Assembly: GCA_052327205.1 (NCBI GenBank)
Contig: CM126207.1
Coordinates: forward strand, 89,776,001-89,840,000
Direction: 5' to 3'
Origin: Somniosus microcephalus
Lineage: Eukaryota
DNA length: 64,000 nucleotides
Shown here: in pieces, positions 13,905-28,370 of the stretch
How the letters are laid out: the number at the start of each line of letters is the position of its first letter
Numbering within the stretch: the stretch's first letter is position 1
Notes under the pieces: generated by a model
The model's database searches: none
Seen by the model: only the letters and a program-made list of their open reading frames with translations
What the model was told of the DNA's origin: nothing
Position numbers and translations under genes: made by a program

Positions 13905-15048
13905 GAAAGGAAGAAATAATTAATTAATTAATATAGCACCTTCCATGACCTCAGGATCTCCCAAAAAGGTTTACAGCTAATGAAGTACTTTTGAAGTGTA
14001 GTCACTGTTGTAATGTACAGAAACATGATAGTCACAGCAAGTTGCCGCAAACAGCCATACATTAATAACCAGATAATCTGTTTTAGTGATGTTGGTTGAG
14101 GGATAAATATTGGCTAGGACTCACCTTCCCTTCTTCAAATAGTGCCTGGATCTTCTATGTCCACCTGAGAGGGCAGATTGGGCCTCGGTTTACTATCTCT
14201 TCCAAAAGACAGCACCTCCAACAGTGCAGCGCTGAAGTGTCAGCCTAGATTATGTGCTCAAGTCTCTGGAGTAGGACTTGAACACAACAGTAGAGGTCAA
14301 AAGAGATTTAGGGATCCATATACACAGATTATTAAAATGTAGTGGTCAAGCACAAAAAATAATCTAAAAGTCTAATGGAATGTTAGCCTTTATAGCTAGA
14401 GGGCTAGAATATAAAGTGCAGGAAGTTTTCCTACACCTCTATAAAGCCCTAATTAGATCACATCTGGATTACTGTGTAGAGGCCTGGGCACTGCACCTTA
14501 GAAAGGATGTATTGACCTTGGAGTGCAGTGCAGATTCACCAAAATGTTACAAGGGCTCCAAGGGTTAAATTATGAGGAGAGGTTACATGAACTAGGCTTG
14601 TATTCCCTGGAATATAGAAGGTTAAGGGCTGATTTGATTGAGGTTGTTAGGATTTTGAAAGGAATTGCTAGGATAGATAGAGGGAAACTTTTTCTGCTGG
14701 ATGGGGAGTTTAGGACAAGGGGCCGTAACCTTAAAATCAGAGACAGGCCATTCAGGAGTGAAGTTAGGAAACACTTCTTCACACAAAGGACGGTATAAAA
14801 ATTGAACTCTCTCCCACAAAAAGCAGTAGATGTTAGCTCAATTAATAATTTTAAATCAGAGATCAATAGATTTTTGCTAGCCAAGGGTATTAAGGAATAT
14901 GGAGCCAAGGTGGGTGGATGGAGTTAGGATACAAATCAACTATGATCCCTTTGAATGGCAGAACAGGCTCAAGGGGTTGAATAGCCTACTCCTATTCCCC
15001 TGTTCTGACTCAGGCGAGAGTGCTACCACTGAGCCAAGACTGACACCT
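13905..15048 (-). mobile_element. tRNA-derived DeuSINE-like SINE with its head interrupted by a CR1 fragment
   Basis: Reverse-complement homology to the SINE at 38910-39335. The head resumes at ~15003-15048 after the CR1. Confidence 0.75.
14289..15003 (+). mobile_element. 5'-truncated CR1 LINE (RT C-terminus and 3' UTR)
   Basis: LYKALIRSHLDYCV, YEERLHELGLYSLEYRRLRADLI, HFFTQR, followed by the CR1 3' UTR. Confidence 0.9.
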
Positions 15049-16955
15049 TGGAAAAGGAAAAGATAGGTGAACACTTGTGTATTCTAATATTATTTTAATA
15101 GAACTTGTTAATTTGAAAATTTTTATTAATGCCCATTTAAAATTTTTATATTCTCAATCATTATTTATCCATATAAAATATTGACTAGCCTGCTGTCTTT
15201 CCAGCTTTTATCTCAGATTTTCAGCATTTGCATTTTCTCTTTTTATTTGCACTGTTTAATACAACGGGGTGTTCTTATTGGCACGTGCACTTTTGCTCAG
15301 ATTACTGCTTGTTTGCCTCAGGTCTACTTACAACCAACTCCTCCGGTTACAGTCAACTCATAAATGTCTAATGTGATCCAAGCACATAATCCCAATTTAC
15401 CAAACTACTTCCCATTCATTCTCATTATTTAGCATTCCAGACCCAAGAATAACATTAAATATAAAACCCTGATCAACAGTAAAACATTCCCAGTTCTCCA
15501 GATTATAAATCCCAGTACATAAAATGTGTTGAGTCCATTGCCAAATATCATTTAGACATAGCAGATTTTAAAAGTTTAATAATTCTGTGGAAAAACTTAT
15601 ATTTTTTATTAATTGTTTTATGTTAAATTGAGTTGTTGATTTTAGCATGATTCAAACATACAATTTATTGAAAAAGTCATATACATTTATCAAGAATTAA
15701 CTCCATTACAATTCAGCAGGTTGCCCTTTAAGACAGACCAGCTATTACTCCGTTCCCCAGTCTCCCAGTCTTATCCAGATGTTGCAGATTCCCAGTACCT
15801 CTTCTACCATCGTCTGCTTCCCTGACTTAATCGTTTTGGGCTGTTATTTAGTCTGTGCCTCGTCATTTCCCATTTTCAACATAACCTCATTCAAACCATT
15901 TGTAATGTAATGTGCCTGGCTCAACTGTGCTGGATATTTTGGTGTTCAGCTATTAAAACATTCAGTTCCCTCATTCAGCTCGTCCCTATAAGATTTTAGT
16001 ACACATGCCTATTTGTTAAGAAAAGCATATTATTCTTGCCTATTACACATGCCTATTTGTTAAGAAATGCTTATTATTCTTGCTGACTTGACAATAACGT
16101 GGCGATTTTGCACGAGTTGTACCTTCTATTCTCTTTGTTTGCCACCAATACATTGTCATCTTATGGACTATACATGAACTCTCAATCTTTTTCCTGCTAA
16201 TGTTTCCTTTCTTCCATTTGTTTCTATTTTGATCAGTTGTAGTCATTGGTTTGAAATGTACAAAATATGTTCTCTTCAACCAGAGTTTAACTCCACCTCA
16301 CTGCCATTCATTAGAGTTACTACATTGGATACACAGCAAGTTTGTTCATGATTAGAGCAAACTGTGTTACTATTATTCATGTTGCTTTCAAGTTAGTAAT
16401 ATTGTACAAGGAATACAAGACTAGGAATGTGAATAGGGGTGTGCCAATTGTAAAAAGATTGCCTAATCTATTTTTGAATATAATTATAAATAATATATCT
16501 TGAATATGTTTAAAAGATTAAGACAAATAAAATGGTTTAGTCTCAAATGCCACATATATGTAGCAGAGACCTTTTTGTCACCCTTGGTGTGTTCATATAT
16601 ATCAACCATACCATTGTATTGCCAGTGGGAAATAGTTACCGTACAGTGAGATTGAATGCAGCAGTAATAACATTATAAATCAGGATGAATCAACTAAATT
16701 AGTCACATTTCAAATTTTGTCCCCAGGGCATAACAATCAGCAGATCCTGCAGATTAATGCCCTTTGATTACTTTGGAAGGGGTGCCATTAAATATAGTAA
16801 AATATAAGTAGAGACTATGGATTACATATGTATATAACATGAAGAGCAGAGCGTCATATAGCACACTGTCTAATTAAATAGAGGAGAAATAAGATTATGC
16901 CATATTTTTATAATTGCACTGGAAGTTACTGCAAAGTTCCAGAAAGAAACATATT

Positions 16956-17716
16956 GGCCTGTATTTTGCAGTCAATGGTGAACCTGCCGCTGACCTCGAA
17001 GAAAGCTGCTCACAAAGATCTAGCAATCTCTGTGGCGTGAATTTCACCTTTCCTGACGTTAATTTCATTCTGGCGCTATATATAGGAAATCTCTGGTGTC
17101 CAGCAACAGTGATGTCATCAAGCAGGCTAAGCAGCCAATCACATTGAAGAATTCTCACAGACAGCAAACCAGGAAGTAGAAAGCACTGATTATCCTTCAC
17201 CTTTTAATCATTTTACAGAGAGCAAAATTATGATTGGGACATACACATGGGATTAAAGTAGAAGCTGAAATATCATAAACAAACTAAAACATTTTAAAAA
17301 CATTATTTTATAAATCTGTGGGAATTTTTATCATAATGGAGAAATTTGACATTCCACAAATATAAAATTAGCCTTTCAGGGCCAGTGAGGTTGTTCAGCA
17401 GTAATTATGACTTAGTGCACCATTGAAAACCTAGTTGCACCTCATTCAACAGGGCTTAACTTTTTATGGGGTTTTTACAGCGAGATTAGTGTGTAAAAAG
17501 TGGAAGTTCACATCAATTCAAGTGATTTGTAAGATTTCCATCTGCGAGGACTTCAACAGCACACCCTACGGAGGAGCAGGGAATCACTGACAGTAACTTC
17601 TGAATTTCTGCATTTAACTGCGCATGTACGGATGCCAGAAATTGCTGTCAGTATCAAAGAGTAATGACAGCGAACGCTGACAGTTTTGCCATCATTACAA
17701 TCACAAATTCTGGGCT
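16956..17716. mobile_element. Harbinger-type non-autonomous element (MITE)
   Basis: Termini GGCCTGTATTTTG / CAAATTCTGGGCT with 3-bp TSD ATT/ATT. Confidence 0.65.
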
Positions 17717-18069
17717 ATTTAGTTCAAAGGGGGGATCTGCCCCAGTTGTGTTGACAACTGTGCTTAAGGCACATTCCATCCCAGTGAAGATTACAATTCA
17801 GGACTTTTTTTTTGTATTTTAGGCCCTTATTGATTTCCTATGAAGAAGCAAAGGAACAGTACATATGGCAGTGATAATTAACACATTTGTGATGTGAATA
17901 CATAATCACATGACTGGAATAGCAAGGCCCTTACAATGTTATTGAGCCTGAGAAATTATTACATGGAAGTGAACCACCTGCGTGTGGCAATCAGGCAGGC
18001 AAGTACCAGATGTAAAAGTGAATAAAGTTCATAATGTTATTTAAAAAATGTATATTGACAAGTACTAAT

Positions 18070-18909
18070 GGCCCGTAATTTGCGGTCACAATAATGGTGA
18101 GGATAATAGTGCCCATTGTTATTTATGCATAAATGCCACAGCAACTGGGGGTAGATGCGCAATGAAATGTGGAAATCCAAAAGTGGCTGACCGAGATGCG
18201 CTGCTCCGACATTAGCTTCATGAAAACAGCATCTCACTGTCTAGCTCACCAGTGAAATGCATTGAGCAGTGTGAAGTTGCTGTACTTGCACCGTAGCTAC
18301 AAACTGAACTGGCCACAGCAAGTTAGAGCTGGTCTGAAGTGATGCAAGGGGCCTGTTTTGGAGCCATTTAAGATCTGTGCATATTTAATTAATCCTATAT
18401 TGACTGCCAGAGATTCATTTAATGATGTGATAATTGTAAATTACTGCCAATGAATCTCTCTGGCATGGAAAATTAACTATTATAAGTGTGGAGTCTTATT
18501 CTTTTAGATTTTAATTGTTGGATATTTTAAAAATGTGAAATTAAATTTTTTTTAAAACTTTTCCTTACTGTCTCTTTTTCCTCTCTCTCTTAATCCAATC
18601 TTTCTTTCTCTCTCTTTATTTCTCTTTATGTACCAGATTTGACATTGAATTCATCCACTCTATTTTACGCTTCCTTATCAGTCCTTGCACTGTTTATTTC
18701 AGAATCCTTCAAACTGATTGTTTATGGAGATAGAGAGTTGCTTGTGCTGTTAATTCAGGCCGCATATGCCCGGTTTCCCTCACTGCAAGTTTTTTAGCTC
18801 GCACTTCCAGCAACTTGCGGCACAAAATATCATCGAGATTAAATGGGAAAGGGCAAATCTAACTAATGGCAGATGCCATTAGATTCATTCACTCAGCAAA
18901 TTATAGCCC
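18070..18909. mobile_element. Harbinger-type MITE (old)
   Basis: Termini GGCCCGTAATTTGC / GCAAATTATAGCCC. Flanks AAT/AAG. Confidence 0.55.
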
Positions 18910-19289
18910 AAGATGTTCTTACCCAATGGCAAAAATGCAGCAATTCAGGAAGAATCACACAGATGATTTTAATAAAATACTTGCTATTTCTGTAGAAAGG
19001 AAAAGGAAGACAATAAAGACAGACAGAAAGAAAGATTTCACCTGGTTCTGTATAATCTCTTACCTATGTATGGTTCTGTTTCTGATTGCTCCTTAGCCAG
19101 ATGAACTATCATGTATGGTTCTACTTCTGAATGACCCTCAGTCCGCTGGTTCAGTTCCAGGGCTGAATATTGTTCCTCTTTCTAATGAATAAGTACAGAT
19201 CCAGTTCTCTGTGCCTATCTAAATATGTAAGCCTAGAAATTATCATTGGTGGAATTGGTAGGTGAACTCCAACAAAGCTGTATGACATT

Positions 19290-19445
19290 CCTCTGTCTGC
19301 TATTTTATTGCAAATGTTAACCCACATTACAGTACAACAGTGACTCCACTTCAAAAGTACTTCATTGACTGTAAAGCGCTTTGAGATGTCCGGTGGTCAT
19401 GAAAGGCACTATATAAATGCAAGTCTTTCTTTTCTTTTTCTATTT
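19290..19445 (+). mobile_element. DeuSINE-like SINE 3' tail
   Basis: Matches the tail of the SINE at 39220-39335. Confidence 0.7.
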
Positions 19446-20989
19446 ATTTTAAATGGACTAACACCTCCACTAAAATAGTAGACAGAACACTCTAAACACT
19501 CTCCTGCTAACATTGCCATTGGTAATTGCTGAGCTCTAGTATTCTGCCAACTCTGTAAAGCCTTCATATAGCCAAATGCAGTCTCTGGTTCTTCAGAAGA
19601 GTGAACAAAAATGTTTTATATATCTTTTACTGAGCATAGTAATTAAAGAAAAAAGGAAAGTGGAATTGTATCCCCTCAGATAACTGAATCTCTTTCAAAA
19701 GCACCTCTTTTTTATTTCTCCAATTCTGAGATGAGGATAAAAAACAAATACATGTTCTGCCAATATTTGGAGCAGAACATGCAGTTGGAATGCACAGAGC
19801 TGCCTTTTAGATAACCCACAGCTTCAGGAAACAGAGGGGATACACACCTCAGTGCAGGGGGCTTCCTCACTTTGTACAGACAGCTTCCCACATCACACAG
19901 ATCATTGTCTGAAAACTGAAGACTCAAGCAAAATCCCCTTCCATTAAAATGGCTGTCAGGAAACTGCAGAGCGTTTGTGTGGAGCAGGCAGTGTGTTTAT
20001 CTTTCTTATCGCCGGCGGAAACCTATGGGAAGCTGTATACTGTTCTCTCAACTTGTCCCCTGTCACATAATTGTAATACATTACATACAGTGTAATGTTT
20101 TTGGATCTGAATCTTAAGCTAATTAGTTGACAATACCTACTTTTGAAATCTATGGGGTTTCCTTTCTAGAGCTTCTAAGGACAATGGAGTACAACAATTA
20201 AAAGGGTTAATTGTTCTTCAAAAAGAAAATATAATACGCCTCCAAATGTCCAGTGGTAAGGTGAATAATTGCTGCAGTGTGCCAAAAACCCAACTCTTTG
20301 AGGTTTCTGAACAGAAGCCAATTTCTCAAAGACTTTATAGAAAGACCTCCAGCATGGATTACAATAATATTTATTCAGTACGATACAGCCTTTTTCTCTA
20401 TCAGTTAGAAAAGACTTGTTTGTAAATCTTTAAATTCTTTTAAAAACATGCATTGTTTCAAGTATCATTAATAAAACCCAATAATATATTGACATGGACT
20501 AAATCAACCAAGCAATTATGTCCGCAGCAAGATGTTATAGTTCTCAAATTACAAATTAAAATGACTAGATTTAAAATAACATGTGGATTAGGTGAAGATC
20601 ATTTACTCCTCTACTCACATGGGTTCTGTTGAAGCCACACATAATATTATATAAAAGCAAACACAATTTATTATTGGTTACTGAATCTGAATTTATTGAA
20701 AAATTCCTGTTGTGAAGAAAGACATGATACTGGAAACCACATTGTTTAATTTATGAGCTTTCCAAAGCATAACTGAATGATAAAAAAATGCTTCTTAAAT
20801 ATTAAGTCAGTAGTACTTTTTTGTTTCTGATTCAGCAAATATTCAAAATGATTAATGTCCTGTTTTTCTCCTGATATTTTCTCCTCTATTCCTCTTCTTT
20901 CAAAGCAGCAACTTACATGGTACAGTTCCACAGGCCTCCCTTAAGCAGTCACTGTTAAAGTGGAAGCAAGATAGTAAGCATCAGTAAGC

Positions 20990-21260
20990 TGTTCAACCAT
21001 ATGGTCATTAGAGCTGACCTGATTGCATCCTCATGTGCATTTTTCAAGAGGAATCACTGAATGTCAATCAGAAATAAGAATCGGGGCAATTTCTTACCAC
21101 CAGTAGTTCAGTCATGCAGCTATCATCTTATTGCTGCTCTAGCTGAGGTTGGTGAATTTGACATAGAGCAAAAATCGAACCTGGGAATCTCCCTGGTTTA
21201 CATGTTTCCATTACGCATTATACGGTGCATTTACTCAATGAACCATAGAAGAGCTCATTA
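20990..21260 (-). mobile_element. Old tRNA-derived SINE (second family)
   Basis: Degenerate reverse-complement similarity to 28035-28370. A further head fragment lies at ~22350-22470. Confidence 0.45.
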
Positions 21261-21473
21261 CTTATATTTAATATGATTTTTTTTTTATAAAGCTGAAGTT
21301 AATTTTTAACTGATTTCAGGGTGATTTCATGACCTCACTATATGTGCCACTATGCAACCTCTCATAAAACTCACAGTGGTATATCCACCAATGAATTAAT
21401 TTAGACTTAATCACACGTATACGCAAATGGAATAAACAGGAATGTATTGCAAAAAGTAAACCACTCATATTAC

Positions 21474-21743
21474 AGCCTCGATTTTAACTCCAGGTGGATC
21501 CCCCACTCAGGCCTGAGTTAAAATTACAGTCAAGACTCAATGATGTCATTGAGTCGCAACATTGATTTGTAAAGAAGGACCCTGTTGGCTCTGGGCGCGT
21601 GTCGTCCTTGCTGCCTGCTCAGGAGAGCAGGTTAAAATTGCAGTTGTTGTGATCATGGCAGCTTTTGGACTGGTAAGAGCCAGGGCGATTTTAACTGCCC
21701 ACCCACCAGGTTTCTATTGAGCGAGTAGGGTTAAAAACACCCC
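21474..21743. mobile_element. Short Harbinger-type MITE
   Basis: Termini GCCTCGATTTTAAC / GTTAAAAACACCCC, with internal repeats of GATTTTAAC and GTTAAAAT. Confidence 0.5.
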
Positions 21744-22531
21744 ATGTCAGTTCAATAGTTATGGTCTGCTCTTCCATGATGCTTTATTTTGCATAAACCA
21801 TCAGTGCTGTATCCAACATGTCATATTAATGGTTGTGGCAACCCAAACTGATTCACATGCATCCTTGCTTCTGGGATTTTCAATATGATACTTGAGAGCC
21901 AGTAGGATTATGGGTAGGATGAGATAAGTCCACCTATCTGATAATAGATTCCACAAACTTTTATGTAAAATAGATCTGCTATCCTTATTGCTACCTTCCA
22001 CAATGTATGGAAATAGTCTGAGACTGATATCTGTAAGATGCGATGCCCAACTATTGCACTGTACACTATATTCTGCTCTGCAACAAAGAAGTGCTGTACA
22101 TATATACAAGCAGTCACGTGCAGTGTTCCAGGTCATGTCTGCTTAGTTTTAAATGTGACATGAATGGGCGGCGGGGGGGGTGGTGAACTGTCTCCTAACA
22201 CCTAATTAATTCGAGCATATTTGAATGGGCACCTTTTTAAGATGGTTTTGCACTTGGCTGGTGTTATATTGCATTTGCTGCTAAGCTCAAATATGAAACC
22301 ATTTTGTGGGAATTACATGGCATTTCAGGCTTCAATGCATTCCAGAGTCAAAAGCACCACAACTGCTGGTCCGACTGAGAATTGCTAACTCAGCACAGGT
22401 TGGGGATTGAAGCTCCTGGGCAGCTGGCTCAGCTACTCGCCAAATACATTTGCTGAGCCATTGGGAGAGCCATTAACACAAACTTTATTCAATTTGTCTG
22501 AATAATTTACTTGCAATTACATGAATACACA

Positions 22532-25500
22532 CATAGAAACATAGAAACATAGAAGATAGGAGCAGGAGTAGGCCATTCGGCCCCTCGAGCCTGCTCCGCC
22601 ATTCAATGAGATCATGGCTGATCATCCAAATTCAGTACCCGGTCCCTGCCTTCTCTCCATATCCCTTGATCCCTTTAGCCTTAAGAAATATATCTAACTC
22701 CTTCTAGAACATATTTAATGAATTGGCCTCAACTGCCTTCTGTGGTAGAGAATTCCACAGGTTCACCACTATCTGGGTGAAGAAATTCCTCCTCATATCT
22801 GTCCTAAATGGCTTACCCCTTATCTTTAGACTGTGACCCATGGTTCTGGACTCCCCCGCCATCGGGAACATCCTTCCTGCATCTAGTCTGTCTAGTCCTG
22901 TTAGAATTATATAAGTTTCAATAAGATACCCTCTCATTCTTCTAAACTCCAGCGAGTATAAGCCCAATCGACCCAATCTCTCCTCATACGTCATTCCTGC
23001 CATCCCAGGTATCAGTCTGGTGAATCTTCGCTGCACTCCCTTCATGGCATAGAAATATAGAAACATAGAAGATAGGAGCAGGAGTAGGCCATTCGGCCCC
23101 TCGAGTCTGCTCCGCCATTCAATGCAATCATGGCTGATTATCCAAACTCAGTACCCGGTCCCTGCTTTCTCCCCATACCCCTTGATCCCTTTAGCCTTAA
23201 GAAATATATCCAACTCCTTCTTGAATATATTTAATGTATTGGCCTCTATTGCCTTCTGTGGTAGAGAATTCCACAGGTTCACCACTCTCTGGGTGAAGAA
23301 ATTCCTCCTCATTTCTGTCCTAAATGGCCTACCCCTTATCCTTAGACTATGACCCCTGGTTCTGGACTCCCCGACCATCGGGAACATCCTTCCTGCATCT
23401 AGTCTGCCCAGTCCTGTCAGAATTTTATAAGTTTCAATGAGATCCCCTCTCATTCTTCTAAACTCCAGCGAGTATAAGCCCAATCGACCCAATCTCTCCT
23501 CATACATTATTCCTGTCATCCCAGTTATCAACCTGGTGAATCTTCGCTGAACTCCTTCCATGGCAAAAACATCCTTCCTCAGATAAGGCGACCAAAACTG
23601 CACACAATACTCAAGATGTGGTCTCACCAAGGCCCTGTATAACTGCAGCAAGACATCCTTGTTCCTGTACTCAAACCCTCTCGCTACGAAGGCCAACATG
23701 CCATTTGCCTTCGTAACCACCTGCTGCACCTGCATGCTTACCTTCAGTGACTGGTGCACAAGGACACCCAGGTCTCATTGCACTTCCCCTTCTCCCAATC
23801 TATTGCCATTCAGATAATAATCTGCCTTCCTGTTTTTGCCACTAAAGTGGATAACTTCACATTTATCCACGTTATATTGCATCTGCCACGCTTCTGCCCA
23901 ATCACCCAACCTGTCCAAATCATCCTGGAGTTTCTCGGCATCCTCCTCACAGCACACACGCCCACCCAGCTTTGTGTCATCTGCAAATTTGAAGATATTA
24001 CATCTAGTTTCCTTGTCTAGATCATTAATATATATCTTGTGAATAGCTGGGGTCCAGGACTGATCCCTGCGGTACCCCACTAGTCACTGCCTGCCACTCG
24101 GAAAAAGGCCCGTTTATTCCAACTCTTTGCTTTCTGCCTGCCAACCAGTTCTCTATCCAAGTCAATACCTTGCCCGCAATCCCATGTGCCTTAACTTTAC
24201 ATGCTAATCTCTTATGTGGGACCTTATCGAAAGCCTTCTGAAAGTCCAAATACACCACATCCACTGGTTCTCCCTTATCTATTTTACATGTTACATCCTC
24301 AAAAAATTCCAGTAGATTAGTCAAGCACGATTTACCTTTTGTAAATCCATGTTGGCTTTGTCCAATCCCGTCACTGTTTTCCAAGTGCTCTGCTATTACA
24401 TCTTTTATAATGGACTCTAGCATTTTCCCCACTACTGATGTCAGGATGTAATTCCCCATTTTCTCTCTACCACCTTTTTTGAATAGTGGGGTAACATTAG
24501 CTACCCTCCAATCCATGGGTACTGTTCCAGATTCCAGCAAATGCTGGAAGATGATCAGCAAAGCATCTACTATTTCTAGGGCCACTTCCTTAAGTACCCT
24601 AGGATGTAGATTATCAGGCCCTGGGGATTTATCGGCCTTCAATCCCATCAATTTCCCTAACACCATTTCCCTACAAATTCTGATTTCTTTCAGTTCCTCC
24701 CTTTCATCAGACCCTATGTTCCCCGACATCTCTGGGAGGTTATTTGTGTCCTCCTTTGTGAAGACAGAACCAAAATATGTATTTAATTGGTCTTCCATTT
24801 CTTTGTTCCCCATTATAAATTCCCCTGATTCTGACTGCAAGGGACCTACGCTTGACTTCACCAAGCTTTTTCTCTTCACATATCTATAAAAGCTTTTACA
24901 GTCAGTTTTTATGTTCCCTGCAAGCTTACTCTCATATTCTATTTTCCCTTTCTTAATTAATCCCTTAGTCCTCCTTTGTTGAATCCTAAACTGCTCCCAA
25001 TCCTCAGGTTTACTGCTTTTTCTGGCCAATTTTTATGTCCTCTCCTTGGATCTTATGCTATCCCTAATTTCCCTTGTTAGCCATGGTTGAGTCACCTTTT
25101 TGTTTTATTTTTATGCCAAACTGGGATGAACAAATTCTGTAGCTCATCCATGCAGTCTTTGAATGTTTGCCATTGCCTATCCACCATCAACCCTTTGAGT
25201 GACATTCCCCAATCAATCCTACCCAACTTGCGCCTCAGACCATCGTAGTTTCCTTTATTTAAATTTAGGACCCTGGTCTCTAAGTCGACTACTTCATTCT
25301 CCATCTTAATGAAGAATTCGATCATATTATGATCGCTCCGACCCAAGGGGCCTCGTACAACAAGACTGCTAATTAATCCTTTCTCATTACATAATACCCA
25401 GTCTAAGATGGCCTGATCTCTGGTCATCCTTCCTCAGATAATCTCTGGCAGGAACATCCTTCCTCAGATAAGGTGACCAAAACTGCACACAATACTCAAG

Positions 25501-25690
25501 ATGTGGTCTCACCAAGGCTCTGTACAACTGCAGCAAGACATCCTTGTTCCTGTACTCAAACCCTCTCACTACGAAGGCCAACATACCTTCTTAACCACTT
25601 GCTGCACCTGCATGCTTACCTTCAGTGACTGGTGCACAAGGACACCCAGGTCTCGTTGCAGTTCCCCTTCTCCCAATCTATTGCCATTCA
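22532..25690 (-). mobile_element. CR1 3' copy (22532-23048 plus 25445-25690) split by a longer CR1 of the same subfamily (23049-25425)
   Basis: Two (TTCTATGT)n tails. RT motifs KSPGPD, QHGF, YLDFQKAFD, GVPQGSVL, FADD, LVRPHLEYC; endonuclease end SDH. Confidence 0.92.
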
Positions 25691-28034
25691 AAGGAATTTT
25701 TAACTGTAGCTGTCACTGAATTCTGCATTAAAACAATTCTCCTGCTAAAACAGTGTACAGTGTAGTTTGATCTTTATGCTGAAAATAAGGTTTTATTTTG
25801 AAGAGGGACCCTTTACTGAGCCAACAGCAGATTCCACAACCTAATTCTTATTCCTGCTTTTAGTGCTGTAAGTGTCTGTTTATGGGTTTTCAACAAGTGA
25901 GTGGTAATAGGAGTAACCTTTGACCTTGCTTTGGTAACAAAGTTGGCCACTTTAGCATGGGAAATATTACTTTCCCTGTCTGTTTTTCATACATATTTAA
26001 TATTTCTTTATTGAAATATTCTTGTGGGATATGTTGATATAATTAAACAACCATTTTACAACAAAACACAAATGTTGCCAACAATAACACCAAATAAGCA
26101 CAGTGAATAAAGAAAAAAAGAAAATGGATGTTATTTTACATAATGCAGGACAACCAGCTTCAAGCAACCAAAGAATGAATAATGCTGACAAGATTGTAAC
26201 AACTTCAAATAGAGCTATGAAGTATTTTAAAACCCACAACATAGTCACTGTGCACCATATCACCAGATATTGACCTTTCTTAAGGAAACCAAAATAAATG
26301 CAAAAATATTTTAATAAATGTTTCCAGACATTTGGAAGAGCATCACTCAGCAACCTTATCCTTGACCTAGCAATGTATGGATGATGAGAACCTAAGGAAA
26401 TAATCTGGTGCTTCCTTATAAAATCTTTTAAATGTTCAAGCATAGCTTATTTGTGCTAGTAAAAGGGAAGAGAATGAAAATTGTTTTTCATCTGGCAATG
26501 ATGCTTAGAAAATAAAACATGTGATTTTCACTTGCCACAAGGTTACGCATCTCATTCTGATACTTCAAATTAGGTCTGTTTCCTTTATACTAATTTCAGG
26601 CACACCCCTTTAGAATGGCTGAAGAATAGCTTCAATCTTTCAGCAAATACCAACTGAGCTGAACTGAGATTTCTTTGATGACATCTTTGTACTCTTCTCA
26701 TTGTACGGTCTCAAATTCAGGTAGTTGGGGCAGTCTGCATGAATTACACAATACTTTACAAAGGACTAAAAGTGACTAATATTACATTGATAATGAAAAA
26801 GTCTTTACTTTTTTAACCCTTTGTCATTTTGGTGCAATAGAATAACAATAATAGGTTGGAGGAGTTACCTTGTAAAATGGTGACAGATGCTGCTAAATTC
26901 TAGGTGAGATAATCAACGGCTATCTTATATTTCGCAAGATTGTGGTACAGGTTGCTGAGGAATGAGTGAGGACCATTTGGCCTATGAAGCTCATTACACC
27001 CAATAGACTTGTAACTTCAGGCAACTACCATCCATTTATATCCTTTGAATCCTGATCATTGAAAACCTCACCCTGAGCTGATACAACTTTGCTCCAGATT
27101 TCCTGAAATTATAGTTTTGTAGTTTCTCATCTATATTCTTTCTTAAGTCAGTTTAAGACATTGACAACATTGTCAATCTGCAGTCAGAAGATTTTCTGAC
27201 GCCGAGGGAGCACCATTCACAAATTTATGGTAACACTAGTTAGAGGGATTAACTATCTGACTAAAATAAAGCTGTGGTCATATGTAATGCAGTATCTTGA
27301 CAGAATGCTTATGCCTGTGGGCATTTGCAAGGATAGTGTCAGTACTGAAAACCTATTATGAGGCATGTTCATTTGATGTGTTAAAGGACTTTGCCCTCCC
27401 AGACAGCTCTCTCAGCCCTCAGCTGAAGCTGACTGAGATTGATCAGATTTACCTTTAGTGGAAGCTGAGTGGCAATAGAAGCTGGGATTCAGCTGTGGGT
27501 CTCCTTATTGGCAGTGCACTGCTTCAGTATTGTGTTAGGCATCTTGCCCTAGATTGAAAAGAATCCGTCAGGCTCAATTCCCTGCCACCTATGTTCCTCA
27601 GCATAATAAAAAATGCATGATCTGACCTTGCAATGCTGTTTCTATTCACTTTATTCATAGATTGTATTTTATTTTAATTGATTGTGGATGACATTTTATA
27701 GAATCACCCAAGCATTTTTTCCAGGATTTATTGTGGATCTGAGAGGTCATCTAGCTAGGAGCTCAACTAAACAATTTGCACATTGCATCTGAACACAATA
27801 AGCAACTCATGTGATTACTGAAGTGAGTTCCAAGCCAGATAACATTACAGTCTAGCAACAAATCTCAGGCAAATGCTCGAGTGATTCTGTGAAATATCTG
27901 TCACCATCACAAATTGTTTCTTTAAAAAATATATATATTTTATTATTCTTATAAAATGACAGAAGCAACATTTGACAGATAACACAATGACAGAATTGAC
28001 TGCAGCTTTGGAATTGAATTCACAATTGAGTTTA

Positions 28035-28370
28035 ACTCCCTGATGGCTTAATGGATAAAGGCACCACATGTCTAGTGCCAAGCTATATGGACCAGGTGGT
28101 TGCAGGTTTGATTCTCAGTTTATGTCAATTTAGCTGATCTCAGTTGGGGGCATGATAGGTGCCAGTGCCACTGGATTAGAAAAGGGGGAAATTAGACCTG
28201 ATTCATAAATCTGATCAATATCCAGTGAATTCCACTGGAAAGTGCGAGCTAGAAGCAGAGTGAAGACAGGATCAGGATTAGTTATGATTGTCTCCATGAC
28301 AATATGACCTGTTGACAGTCACATATGAAGCACGGCCATTTAGGCAAGGTTTTGAACGGTTGCTGAAAGA
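28035..28370 (+). mobile_element. Old tRNA-derived SINE (second family)
   Basis: A-box-like TGGCTTAATGG and B-box-like GGTTTGATTC. Related copies occur elsewhere in the window. Confidence 0.5.

Noticed and set aside
25997-26443. 148-aa hydrophobic ORF
   Set aside because: AT-rich sequence with no domain or splice support.
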